Shown piece after piece: positions 48,916 through 57,938 of a stretch of DNA of 64,000 nt. Location: contig CAZALK010000004.1 of the NCBI GenBank assembly GCA_964486045.1, forward strand, positions 224,001 through 288,000, written 5' to 3'. The number at the start of each line of letters is the position of its first letter. Within the stretch, counting starts at the first letter, position 1. The translations under genes and the position numbers were made by a program. Source of the stretch: an uncultured archaeon. GTDB lineage: Archaea > Asgardarchaeota > Lokiarchaeia > Sigyniarchaeales > SOKP01. Below the pieces are notes generated by a model. That model was not told the DNA's origin, made no database searches, and saw only the letters and a list, made by a program, of their open reading frames with translations.

Positions 48916-49743
48916 ATGAAAAAAGTACTCACTATTGCGGGATCTGATTCTGGTGGTGGTGCGGGAATTCAAGCAGATTTGAAAACTTTTTCTGCCCGTG
49001 GAGTTTATGGAATGAGCGCAATTACAGCACTTACGGCACAAAATACTATGGGTGTTCAGAGAGTTTATGAAATGGATCCTAGTTTTGTTGGGGAACAAAT
49101 TGATTCGGTCATGTCGGATATAGGTGCAGATACGTGGAAAACAGGGATGTTAGCAAATACAGAGATAATTCGAATTGTGGCGAATAGAGCTCGTAAATAC
49201 AATATAAAATTATTAGTAACAGATCCTGTAATGATTGCAAAAAATGGGGATCATTTATTAAAACCTGCAGCTAATGACGCATTGATCTCAGAGCTCGTTC
49301 CGCTGGCATATGTTATAACACCAAACCACCATGAAGCTCAAACATTAACAAAAATAAATATTGAAAATTTGACAGATGCTCGAGAAGCGGCTCAAGAGAT
49401 TCATAATCAAGGAGCCCAAAATGTTGTGATTAAAGGTGGCCATTTACCAGATATTCAATATGCTATTGATATACTATATGATGGAAATAATTTCACAGAA
49501 TTTCATGCCCCCCGTATTAACACCAAAAACACACATGGTACGGGGTGTACTTTTGCATCTGCAATAGCAGCAGAATTAGCAAAAGGAAACGATGTAAAAT
49601 CAGCAGTTCACATAGCCAAAGCTTATTTAACTGCAGCAATTCAAAAGGCAGATAGCTTGAGAATTGGTAAAGGACATGGACCTACAAATCATTCTCAGGG
49701 AAATATTGTAGAAGTAGATCTTAGTTTAGTAAAAGTAAAATAA
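48916..49743 (+). CDS. thiD: Hydroxymethylpyrimidine/phosphomethylpyrimidine kinase
   Basis: 'LTIAGSDSGGGAGIQADLKT', 'THGTGCT', 'GKGHGP'. Confidence 0.95.
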   Translation: MKKVLTIAGSDSGGGAGIQADLKTFSARGVYGMSAITALTAQNTMGVQRVYEMDPSFVGEQIDSVMSDIGADTWKTGMLANTEIIRIVANRARKYNIKLLVTDPVMIAKNGDHLLKPAANDALISELVPLAYVITPNHHEAQTLTKINIENLTDAREAAQEIHNQGAQNVVIKGGHLPDIQYAIDILYDGNNFTEFHAPRINTKNTHGTGCTFASAIAAELAKGNDVKSAVHIAKAYLTAAIQKADSLRIGKGHGPTNHSQGNIVEVDLSLVKVK

Positions 49744-49761
49744 GCAATTTATTTAAAATAA

Positions 49762-50343
49762 CTACTCTGTTTTAGCTCTATCAAAAGCCCATTTTGCCTT
49801 ATCGTGCAATCCAAGCTTTTCATAGGCTTTTCCCAAATATAAAAAACCATCAGGAAAATCAAATCTAAGTTTTACTAGTTTGAATAAAAAATTTATTGTG
49901 AGGTCAAATCGTCCTTTCAAAAAATTCGTTTTTCCCAGAATAAATAGTACCTTTAAGTTTTTTGCTTCAGATGAGCCTTCTTCATATAATTCCAAAAGTT
50001 TTTCTATAGCCTCCTCATATTGTTTTTCTTCAATTAATTGCTCAATTTCTTCAATAACTTTTAGGAAAATAGTTTCATTTGTTAATTCTTCCATTTTTCT
50101 CAAATCTTCTTTCTTTTTTTCAACCTCTATAGCATCCAGTTTCTCTTGCGTTTTTTTTTCAAGGTGTTCTTTAAACTGATTGATAACATTCTGTGAATAG
50201 GGTTCAGTGCATAATGGACAATTTTGTGAATGTAATAACCATTCAGCTAAACAATTTTTATGGATGGGATGTTCATTTGTGCACGTGAAAAGAGAATTTG
50301 GTGTTTTTCCTATTTCTAAATGACAAACGATACAAGAAGGCAT
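49762..50343 (-). CDS. RING-H2 finger + coiled coil + TPR protein (putative E3 ligase)
   Basis: C-x2-C-x13-C-x3-H-x2-H-x2-C-x3-W-x6-C-x2-C at the N-terminus; TPR-like 'GFLYLGKAYEKLG..DKA'. Confidence 0.85.
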   Translation of the reverse strand: MPSCIVCHLEIGKTPNSLFTCTNEHPIHKNCLAEWLLHSQNCPLCTEPYSQNVINQFKEHLEKKTQEKLDAIEVEKKKEDLRKMEELTNETIFLKVIEEIEQLIEEKQYEEAIEKLLELYEEGSSEAKNLKVLFILGKTNFLKGRFDLTINFLFKLVKLRFDFPDGFLYLGKAYEKLGLHDKAKWAFDRAKTE

Positions 50344-50525
50344 TATAGTTTTATTACTAATTCCTAGGATAATTATATTTTACAATCTATAGGTTTTTTT
50401 AATAATAAAATTATAGGCTAAAAACTTAAAAGTATTGGTTTTAGTAAAATCGATTTAAAAAATAATAAATAAAACTTCTGTTATTGTTATTTTAACTAAA
50501 TAATAAATAAAGGGTAAAACTAGAC

Positions 50526-52112
50526 TTGTCGATTAATCGAACTGCACTCTTCACGGAGCTTTTTGATCAATTTTTACAATCAAACTCCGATGTTGAGGGG
50601 GTGATCGTGAGTGATCAGCTAGGTTTCGTCATCGCTGGTCAAAAAAGAAGCGATGTGGACATGGAAATTGTTTCAGTTTTGACGTCTATCATAAATCCAA
50701 TTGTAGAAAGAATACGTGATGAGTTTGCTTTCAAAAAATTTGGTACAGCTAGCTTTGATACAGAATTCTATAGACTCTTATTTATCTCTTTAGATGAAAG
50801 TAGAACCTTGAGCATCGTTTTAAATAATTTAGCTTCGGTAGATAAAGCTTCTCCTTATGCATACCTTCTTGCAGAAAAATCGGTACAAATTTTAAATGCT
50901 GAAGAAGGTGATAATATACAGCTAAATATTCCTAATTTTGAATATGAAACAGATGAAACCTCTTACTCCGAAAGAGTAAAAAATCAAATATATCAAATGC
51001 GATTAGATCAAGGAGGAACTTATAGATTCAAGTTTGTTGTAATAGGGGATCATGAAGTCGGAAAAACGAGTCTAGTTAGGCGATTTGTAGAAAATAAATT
51101 TTTACATGACTATCGTGCTACTATAGGATTAAATATCTTAAGTCATTCATATGAATTCTATGGAAATAATATTATATATAGTTTATGGGATGTTGGAGCT
51201 CAACAGTATTTTAAGAGATTTCGACAAACATACTATCTAGGTGCACAAGCAGCGTTTATAGTTTTTGATCTTACGAACCGACAAACTTTTGATGATGTAA
51301 TACAATGGTACCAAGAATTAGAAAGTTTTATTGGTGGTCGAGAAATCCCAATTATTCTTATCGGAAATAAAATGGATTTAAAAGACCAGAAAGTTATTAA
51401 ATATGAAGAAGGAGTGAAATTAACAAATGATTTATCTCAAAAGGCTAATCTTAAGATCTCATATATTGAAACGAGTGCTTTATCAGGTGAAAACGTTGAA
51501 GACGCCTTTACATTAATTGCATATCATTACATATCTAAAAGTAAAGAAGAAGAGGAAGAAAGAGTTAAAAGCGATTTGTTAGATGAACTCAACTCGATCT
51601 TGAAGGAGAAAAAAGTAATTGGAGAAGACTTTGAATCTTTATTAACCCTAACCATCATTTCTGAAAATGAATTTTGGAGCCCGGGGTTACAAATTCTGTC
51701 AGAAATAAATGGGTTAGATGAGTGTAAGAAGCTGAAAGATCAAAGAGATGAGAAATTGTATAAATTCTCTAACGGAGTGACCATTAAAAATTATCTTTAC
51801 CACAATTTTGAAGTTTCTGACGCCGATGGGATTTTTTGCATATTTGACGCTCGGTATAAGGATCATGTTGATCCTGCATGGAGAGATGTTGTCGTGAAAA
51901 TCATAAACGAAATGGAAGAAAATAAGGTAGTTTTAATTGGTATTCGAGTTTCAGATAAAAGTGATTGGTCTCTAATAATGGAAGAATTTGATGTAAATGA
52001 GTTATTAGAACAAAAGATGATATCATTGCTGTTTTTCAAGTTAGGTATTGAATATCGATTGGAAATTTACGATCAACTTAAAGTAATGTTAAATACAATA
52101 AAATATTTATAA
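50526..52112 (+). CDS. Roadblock + Rab-like small GTPase + degenerate G-domain protein, paralog 1
   Basis: 'EGVIVSDQLGFVIAG' (Roadblock); 'GDHEVGKTS', 'ATIG', 'WDVGAQ', 'GNKMD', 'ETSAL'; TTG start. Confidence 0.88.
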   Translation: MSINRTALFTELFDQFLQSNSDVEGVIVSDQLGFVIAGQKRSDVDMEIVSVLTSIINPIVERIRDEFAFKKFGTASFDTEFYRLLFISLDESRTLSIVLNNLASVDKASPYAYLLAEKSVQILNAEEGDNIQLNIPNFEYETDETSYSERVKNQIYQMRLDQGGTYRFKFVVIGDHEVGKTSLVRRFVENKFLHDYRATIGLNILSHSYEFYGNNIIYSLWDVGAQQYFKRFRQTYYLGAQAAFIVFDLTNRQTFDDVIQWYQELESFIGGREIPIILIGNKMDLKDQKVIKYEEGVKLTNDLSQKANLKISYIETSALSGENVEDAFTLIAYHYISKSKEEEEERVKSDLLDELNSILKEKKVIGEDFESLLTLTIISENEFWSPGLQILSEINGLDECKKLKDQRDEKLYKFSNGVTIKNYLYHNFEVSDADGIFCIFDARYKDHVDPAWRDVVVKIINEMEENKVVLIGIRVSDKSDWSLIMEEFDVNELLEQKMISLLFFKLGIEYRLEIYDQLKVMLNTIKYL

Positions 52113-52263
52113 GGAAATTCTCTCATTTTATTGTATTTTTATGATAGTTGTAATATGTTATGTTCTAACTTAAGTAATCACATTTCATAATCTCCTAAGA
52201 ATAACAAAAAATAATAACAAGTAAAACTATAATATAGATATAAATAAATGGGTTAGACGATCC

Positions 52264-53823
52264 TTGGTAATAAGTAAAAATAAGATCTTTTTCGAATTGT
52301 TTAACAATTTCTTAGAAATAAATGAGGAAGTAGAAGCCGTTATTGTTTCAGATAGCGAAGGTCTTATTATCGCAGGGGAGAAGAGGAAAGATGTAGATAT
52401 TGAACTTATTTCAGTTTTAACCTCAATAATTAACCCTGTTTTAGAACGTATGCGAAATGAATTTTCTTTCAAGAAATTTGGGAATACAAGTTTTGATACA
52501 GAAGATCATCGTCTTTTGTTTATCTCTGTTGATGAGGAGCACATCCTAAGCCTAGTTTTAGACAATATGGCTTCTCTTGAGAAACTCTCACCATATGGTC
52601 TATTTCTCGCTGAAAAAACAGCACAAATTTTGACCGCTGAGGAAGATGACCATATCCAATTGACTGTACCGAATTTTGAATTCGAAGCTGAAAATGTTCA
52701 AAGGTTGAAAAATCAACTATATCAGATGGATCTGACAACCCATGGAGAATATCGCTTTAAATTTGTTATTTTGGGGGATCACGAAGTTGGTAAGACTTCG
52801 ATCATTCGAAGATTTGTCGAAAACAAGTATACGGAAGATTATCGGGCAACTATAGGACTAAATGTTTTGACACACACCTTTGAATTTTTTGGGAATGAAA
52901 TTGGGGTGACCTTATTTGACTTAGGTGCCCAAAAATTTTTCCGTCGTTTTCGAAAAGTGTATTACTCAGGCGCTCAAGCAGCTTTTATCGTTTTTGATTT
53001 ATCAAACCGTGAATCTTTTAGTAATGCGTTGAATTGGCATCAAGAATTAAAGGAATTTACATCCGATCAAGAAATTCCTATAGTATTAGTTGGTAATAAA
53101 TCAGACTTAAACGAAGAACGACAAGTTTTTTATCAAGAAGGGGTGAAACAAGCAAATGAATTGTCTGAGAAAGAAATTATTAAGTTATCTTATATTGAGA
53201 CAAGTGCCTTGACAGGAGAGAATATTGAGGATGCATTCAATTTGATATCATATCATTACGTAATGAGAAGTAAAGAAATCGAAGATGAGAGACGTGGTGA
53301 CCTATTATTTGAAAAAATAACCTCTATTATTAAGAAAAAGATTGTATTAACAATATCTTTTATTTCAGAAAATACAATGTGGAGTCCAGGTCTTCAAATT
53401 ATCGCCAATATAAAGAAATTAGGAGAACAAACACTAGTTAGAGATTATGACGATGAGCAAGTCTACCAATATCTCAATGGGTTAATCACCAAACAGCATA
53501 TTTTTTCTGCGGCTGATGATATCTCAAGTTCTGATGGCGTATTTTGTATATTTGATTTAAGAGATAAAGAACATGTCGATCCTAAATGGAAAGAAATTAT
53601 TATTAAAATTATTGAAAATTCTAAAGATAAGGGAGTAGTATTAATTGGGATTAGAGCTGTGGAAAGTAGTAGTTGGTCTCAGATAATAGAAGAATTAAAT
53701 GTCGATGAACGATTAGAAAATAAAGTAATTGATCTCTTCTTCTTTAGAATTGGAACAGATTTCCGCTTAGATATTTTCGATCAGCTAAAGTCGATGCTTT
53801 CAGTTATTGATGATAAGTATTAA
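52264..53823 (+). CDS. Roadblock + Rab-like small GTPase + degenerate G-domain protein, paralog 2
   Basis: 'EAVIVSDSEGLIIAG'; 'GDHEVGKTS', 'ATIG', 'FDLGAQ', 'GNKSD', 'ETSAL'; TTG start. Confidence 0.88.
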   Translation: MVISKNKIFFELFNNFLEINEEVEAVIVSDSEGLIIAGEKRKDVDIELISVLTSIINPVLERMRNEFSFKKFGNTSFDTEDHRLLFISVDEEHILSLVLDNMASLEKLSPYGLFLAEKTAQILTAEEDDHIQLTVPNFEFEAENVQRLKNQLYQMDLTTHGEYRFKFVILGDHEVGKTSIIRRFVENKYTEDYRATIGLNVLTHTFEFFGNEIGVTLFDLGAQKFFRRFRKVYYSGAQAAFIVFDLSNRESFSNALNWHQELKEFTSDQEIPIVLVGNKSDLNEERQVFYQEGVKQANELSEKEIIKLSYIETSALTGENIEDAFNLISYHYVMRSKEIEDERRGDLLFEKITSIIKKKIVLTISFISENTMWSPGLQIIANIKKLGEQTLVRDYDDEQVYQYLNGLITKQHIFSAADDISSSDGVFCIFDLRDKEHVDPKWKEIIIKIIENSKDKGVVLIGIRAVESSSWSQIIEELNVDERLENKVIDLFFFRIGTDFRLDIFDQLKSMLSVIDDKY

Positions 53824-53833
53824 ACATTGGTTA

Positions 53834-54901
53834 TTATCTTTTTAATCCTGATTTTAATTTATCTGCTATTAAATCTCCCATCTCTTTTGTATTTAGGTTT
53901 TTTATTTGAGGATTTTGAAGATCAATTGTCCGACCTTCTTCTAGGGCTTGTTCAACAGAGATTTCTATTTCGTTGGCAATGTCAGGAGAATGAAATGATT
54001 CTTGCAACATTAATTTAACACTAAGTATAGTTCCAATTGGGTTTGCTATTCCCTTTCCTGAGATATCTGGGGCAGAACCGTGAATAGGTTCATACATGGA
54101 TATTTTCCCGGGATGAATATTCCCACTCGAAGCCATTCCTAAGCTCCCTATAAGAAAAGCACCCTCATCACTTATTATGTCACCAAACATGTTACCAGTT
54201 ACAACAGTTTGGAATTTATCTGGTGCACGAATTAACCATTGGCAGTATGCATCGATGTAGAAATCCTCCTTTTGAAGATCGGAATACTGGGCCCCAATTT
54301 CGTGAAAAATCTTGCGCCATAGTTGACTTGGTTTTAATATGTTAGCTTTATCTACAGAAGTAACTTTAGTGTGTCCCATTTTTGTAGCAAATTCATATGC
54401 ATACCGGATGATTCGTTCACACCCTTTTCGGGTGTAAATCATAAGATTTTCAGCTCGATCGTCTGAGATATCTCCTATATTTGCATATAATCCTTCAGTG
54501 TTTTCTCGAACAAAAGTGATATCAATTCCACTCCCAATAAACTCATCTTTAAGAGGACATCTATCTCTAAGTGGTTCATAAAGTTTAATAGGTCTTAAAT
54601 TAATATACAAATCTAATTCTTGTCTTAGTCTAAGAATAGCAGATTCAGCAACACCCGGTGCTAAGTCTGGGAGCCCTACTGCCCCAAATAAAAGCGCATC
54701 AGCACCTTTTATTATATCAAAAGATTTCTCAGGAAGGTTTTCACCATACTTTTTATATATTTCTCCTCCTGCTGGTGCATCTCTAAATTCAAAAGAAAAT
54801 TCAGTGAATTCGGCTACAATCTTTAAAATTTTAAGTCCCTCATTAACAACTTCAGGACCTACACCGTCTCCTCTAGTTATTGCTATAATCTTCTCTTCCA
54901 T
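53834..54901 (-). CDS. leuB: 3-isopropylmalate dehydrogenase (isocitrate/isopropylmalate dehydrogenase family)
   Basis: 'GDGVGPEV', 'LRQELDLYINLRP', 'RENTEGLY', 'NMFGDIISD', 'EPIHGSAPDI'. Confidence 0.82.
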   Translation of the reverse strand: MEEKIIAITRGDGVGPEVVNEGLKILKIVAEFTEFSFEFRDAPAGGEIYKKYGENLPEKSFDIIKGADALLFGAVGLPDLAPGVAESAILRLRQELDLYINLRPIKLYEPLRDRCPLKDEFIGSGIDITFVRENTEGLYANIGDISDDRAENLMIYTRKGCERIIRYAYEFATKMGHTKVTSVDKANILKPSQLWRKIFHEIGAQYSDLQKEDFYIDAYCQWLIRAPDKFQTVVTGNMFGDIISDEGAFLIGSLGMASSGNIHPGKISMYEPIHGSAPDISGKGIANPIGTILSVKLMLQESFHSPDIANEIEISVEQALEEGRTIDLQNPQIKNLNTKEMGDLIADKLKSGLKR

Positions 54902-55122
54902 ATTAGATCATCAATATCTAAAATCGATTAATAATCTTCTGGATTTGGTAAAATAATAAATTTTCTGAGATTTATGATTCTTAAACATTTTCTGATAAAT
55001 TTTATGCTAAATTGATTAAAACTATTTCATAAATGTAAAAAATCAATCATATGGTTAATTTAATTCGCTTAATTGTGAAAAGCAAAATATATTAGGTGAT
55101 TATTAATTTTTTCATATGGATA

Positions 55123-55590
55123 ATGATTAAAAAACAATTTAAATTACTCATTGGAAGTATCATTTATATCTCTACTTTAGGATTTTTGATTCCATTTTTA
55201 ATAAGTAAATTTGATTTGTTTGGGGAGATTTACGATTTTTTTGGAAGATTAGCCAGTGCGGGGTTTTTCTTCTTTTTATTTCTTATGTCAACTTTTTTCT
55301 TCTTCCCTTTTATTTATGCGACTATGGTAAAAGAAAAATTGAGTTTTAACATCGAACGTAGTAAAAAAAAACAGAAAAATCCCCGTTTTTATGCTTCAAT
55401 ACTAATTGTTATTGGATTTCCTATAATGATTTGGTTGATTCTTGGAAATTTAGGATATTACTCCATTACTGAAGTAAGCGGTGGATTAGGAAATTTTATA
55501 CATAATGGGTTTTTAGTGAGTTTTATTGTTCTTCAATATTTCTGCATACTTCCTGCGATAATTTTAGGTTTGAAAAAGAACAGATTTTAA
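55123..55590 (+). CDS. Hypothetical membrane protein (about 4 TM)
   Basis: Four Phe/Ile-rich hydrophobic segments. Confidence 0.65.
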   Translation: MIKKQFKLLIGSIIYISTLGFLIPFLISKFDLFGEIYDFFGRLASAGFFFFLFLMSTFFFFPFIYATMVKEKLSFNIERSKKKQKNPRFYASILIVIGFPIMIWLILGNLGYYSITEVSGGLGNFIHNGFLVSFIVLQYFCILPAIILGLKKNRF

Positions 55591-55731
55591 ATTTGGTGAT
55601 CTGGAACTTAAACATTCTAAATTGAAAATATAATTTTTTATTCTGCTTTTCATATTAAAAGGTATCATTTAATTCATTTTGATTTATTAGAATCAAATAA
55701 TCATAATTAGAATTATTAGAAGGAGCTTGAA

Positions 55732-56301
55732 ATGGAATTAATAATAAAATCTTTAGCAGCAAATCTCCTAGATGACTTTATTGAGTATTTTGAGAATGTG
55801 GGATTTACTGATAATCCTGAATGGGATGAATGTTATTGTTATTACCACCATTGTCCAGGAGGAATCAAAGAATTTAACAAACAGACAAAAGAGGAACATA
55901 AAACATCAACGATTGAATTAATTCGGTCTGGTAAATTAAATGGATTTCTCGCATATTCAAATGGGAAACCAGTAGGGTGGTGTAAGGCTGATTTAAAAGA
56001 AAATTTTGTAAATTTGCCTTTCAAAGACGATGAAACATCATTAATTAATGTCAAACTAGCATCTGTAGCTTGTTTTTTGATCGCTCCTACGCAACGGAGG
56101 CAAGGAATTGCGCGAAAACTCCTTCAACATACATGCTCAAGCTTTAGTAATCAAGGATATAAGATGGTAGAAGGATATCCAAGGAAGGGAATGCATTCTG
56201 ATGCTCATAGCTATAATGGGCCATTATCATTGTATAAGTCGGAAGGATTCATGATCTTTAAAGAGTTGGAGAATATTTTTATCACTCGCAAAATTCTATA
56301 A
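55732..56301 (+). CDS. GNAT-family N-acetyltransferase
   Basis: 'W..CYC', 'PVGWC', 'CFLIAPTQRRQGIARKLL', 'EGYP', 'LYKSEGF'. Confidence 0.9.
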   Translation: MELIIKSLAANLLDDFIEYFENVGFTDNPEWDECYCYYHHCPGGIKEFNKQTKEEHKTSTIELIRSGKLNGFLAYSNGKPVGWCKADLKENFVNLPFKDDETSLINVKLASVACFLIAPTQRRQGIARKLLQHTCSSFSNQGYKMVEGYPRKGMHSDAHSYNGPLSLYKSEGFMIFKELENIFITRKIL

Positions 56302-56731
56302 TGGAATCAACATTTCTAATAAATTGTTGGTAATTAATCTATTCAACATAAAAATTCAAAACTCCATTACAAAAAAACTATTCAAGATTCTCATTTTCGA
56401 GGAATGTGCTAAAATTCTTTATAAAGTTACTTAGATCTTCCATAATTTTAATATTTAAAAATAATCTTAGATCTAATAGCTCGGAAGTATCTCTACCAAT
56501 TTTCTTCTAGGACATCAGTATTTTGAGGTTATTAACCCAAACATATTGTATCGAAGATCTACCGTAATCCTTATATATCTAAAATAAGTAATATAACTTA
56601 AAGAAGTTTTTTGTAAAAATTAAAGAACTTTTTAAATAAAATTTACATAGTGACAAAATAAAATAGTTGGTAATTACCCTTAAAAGTAGAGGAAATTATC
56701 CAAAATATGATAAAAGTGGAGGAATAAAATT

Positions 56732-56944
56732 ATGGCAAAAAAAGTTTTTGCTTGGAGTCCAGTTAGAAAGTTAATGAAAGACAATGGCGCTGAAATGGTT
56801 GCCCGAGATGCTGTAGATGCCTTAATTGATTATTTAGAAAAATTAGCTAGAGGCATGACAAATAAAGCTCTTGAGATGACCCGACACGCCGGTCGTAAGA
56901 AATTAACTCTCAATGACATGGACCTAGCAATGGATTTAATATAG
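56732..56944 (+). CDS. Archaeal histone (single histone fold, no tail)
   Basis: 'PVRKLMK..GAEMVARDAV..L...LE...A...T.HAGRKKL...D'; GGAGG ribosome-binding site upstream. Confidence 0.93.
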   Translation: MAKKVFAWSPVRKLMKDNGAEMVARDAVDALIDYLEKLARGMTNKALEMTRHAGRKKLTLNDMDLAMDLI

Positions 56945-56977
56945 AAAGTGTTTAATTAAACGATAATTTAAACTTAA

Positions 56978-56998
56978 TTTTTTTTCTTTTTTTTCTTT
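56978..56998 (+). terminator. Oligo-T terminator of the histone gene
   Basis: Consecutive T tracts after the stop codon. Confidence 0.55.
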
Positions 56999-57061
56999 AT
57001 TCCCTAAAAATACCTCTTTACAAGTTGATAATAGCCGTCTATTCTGATCTTATTCAAATAA

Positions 57062-57223
57062 TCAATAAAAACAATTATTAAAGAAAAATAATCCGAGAGT
57101 AGGTTCGGTCATTCCCGGAATATGCATCATCGCTTCAATAAACATGTAGGATAAATCGTTGGAGCCATCAGTCCCATCAGGTTTCAACCCCCCAACATCA
57201 TGATGGTGCCTTGGCATATGCAT
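57062..57223 (-). pseudogene. Internal fragment of a glycyl-radical enzyme (PFL-like family)
   Basis: Hand translation 'MHMPRHHHDVGGLKPDGTDGSNDLSYMFIEAMMHIPGMTEPTLGL...' resembles the GRE segment GGxxxDGxDxxNxLSYxxxEA...xP. GC about 46% over 57091-57230 in an AT-rich intergenic region. Confidence 0.65.
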
Positions 57224-57307
57224 TTTCTCATTGAAAATAATATAGATTTAGTAATGAAAGTATAGGTAAAACCTAAAATATTTATAAATTTATTACTTTT
57301 TTTTTAA

Positions 57308-57898
57308 CTAATCTAAAAAATAATTATTATTTAAGGAAATAACAAACTGATCTACATCTTCTTGTATATCACCGCAAATTTTAAGCAAATGGGAATTCGT
57401 TAAGGTGATTTTCTCTACTCTAAAACCGTACTCTCTAGCTAAGATTTCACACGCATTCAAATCATCAATTTTAGTGGTGTTATACTCTGCACATTTAGAA
57501 CCAAGAGAAATCTTGCGAAAACAATGGGCTCCTGCTTCTTTATCTTTCGCATCAAAAGTTCTATATCGACATAAACCATATTTTTTTTCTGGTCTCGCTA
57601 AAAAAATAACATCTTTCATCTCAGTCGTACAATAGACAATCTCCCCAATTTTCACTTTTTCCAAGAACTTTTTGGACCGTACTTGTATTTTATCTGCAAG
57701 ATAATCATGATATAAAAGCTTATCTTTAAGCCCAGGACAAATCTTTAGCGCTTCAATTTTAAAAGATTTACTAAGTTCTACAAAGGAATTAAAAAACCTA
57801 CAATAAATAATATTCTTGCGTAATATCTTAAACTGGCAACCCTTAAAAGCACTCAAGCAAATGTAAGAATCTTGGATATTCGAATAATTGCTTTCCAT
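57308..57898 (-). CDS. Hypothetical protein; candidate immunity partner of the upstream giant protein
   Basis: 196 aa, Cys-rich, starts 40 bp after the giant ORF stop on the same strand. Confidence 0.6.
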   Translation of the reverse strand: MESNYSNIQDSYICLSAFKGCQFKILRKNIIYCRFFNSFVELSKSFKIEALKICPGLKDKLLYHDYLADKIQVRSKKFLEKVKIGEIVYCTTEMKDVIFLARPEKKYGLCRYRTFDAKDKEAGAHCFRKISLGSKCAEYNTTKIDDLNACEILAREYGFRVEKITLTNSHLLKICGDIQEDVDQFVISLNNNYFLD

Positions 57899-57938
57899 AT
57901 ATAATAAATAAGAAAATAAAAATATATAATTTTAACTA

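Noticed and set aside
53834-54901. leuB next to Rag-like GTPases as evidence for leucine sensing
   Set aside because: Convergent orientation and a single observation; no support without conserved synteny
56321-56676. Near-direct repeat AAAT(T/A)GTTGGTAATTA at 56321 and 56661 as a target-site duplication or att site
   Set aside because: No mobile-element gene or terminal inverted repeats between the copies; plausible by chance in AT-rich DNA
57091-57230. GC-rich island as a structured ncRNA (C/D-box-like ATGATG/CTGA motifs, SECIS-like AUGA..AAA..GA, TCCGGGA/TCTCGGA hairpin)
   Set aside because: Box spacing and helices fit poorly and there is no UGA-containing ORF nearby. The same bases translate to a recognisable glycyl-radical-enzyme segment, which explains the GC content.
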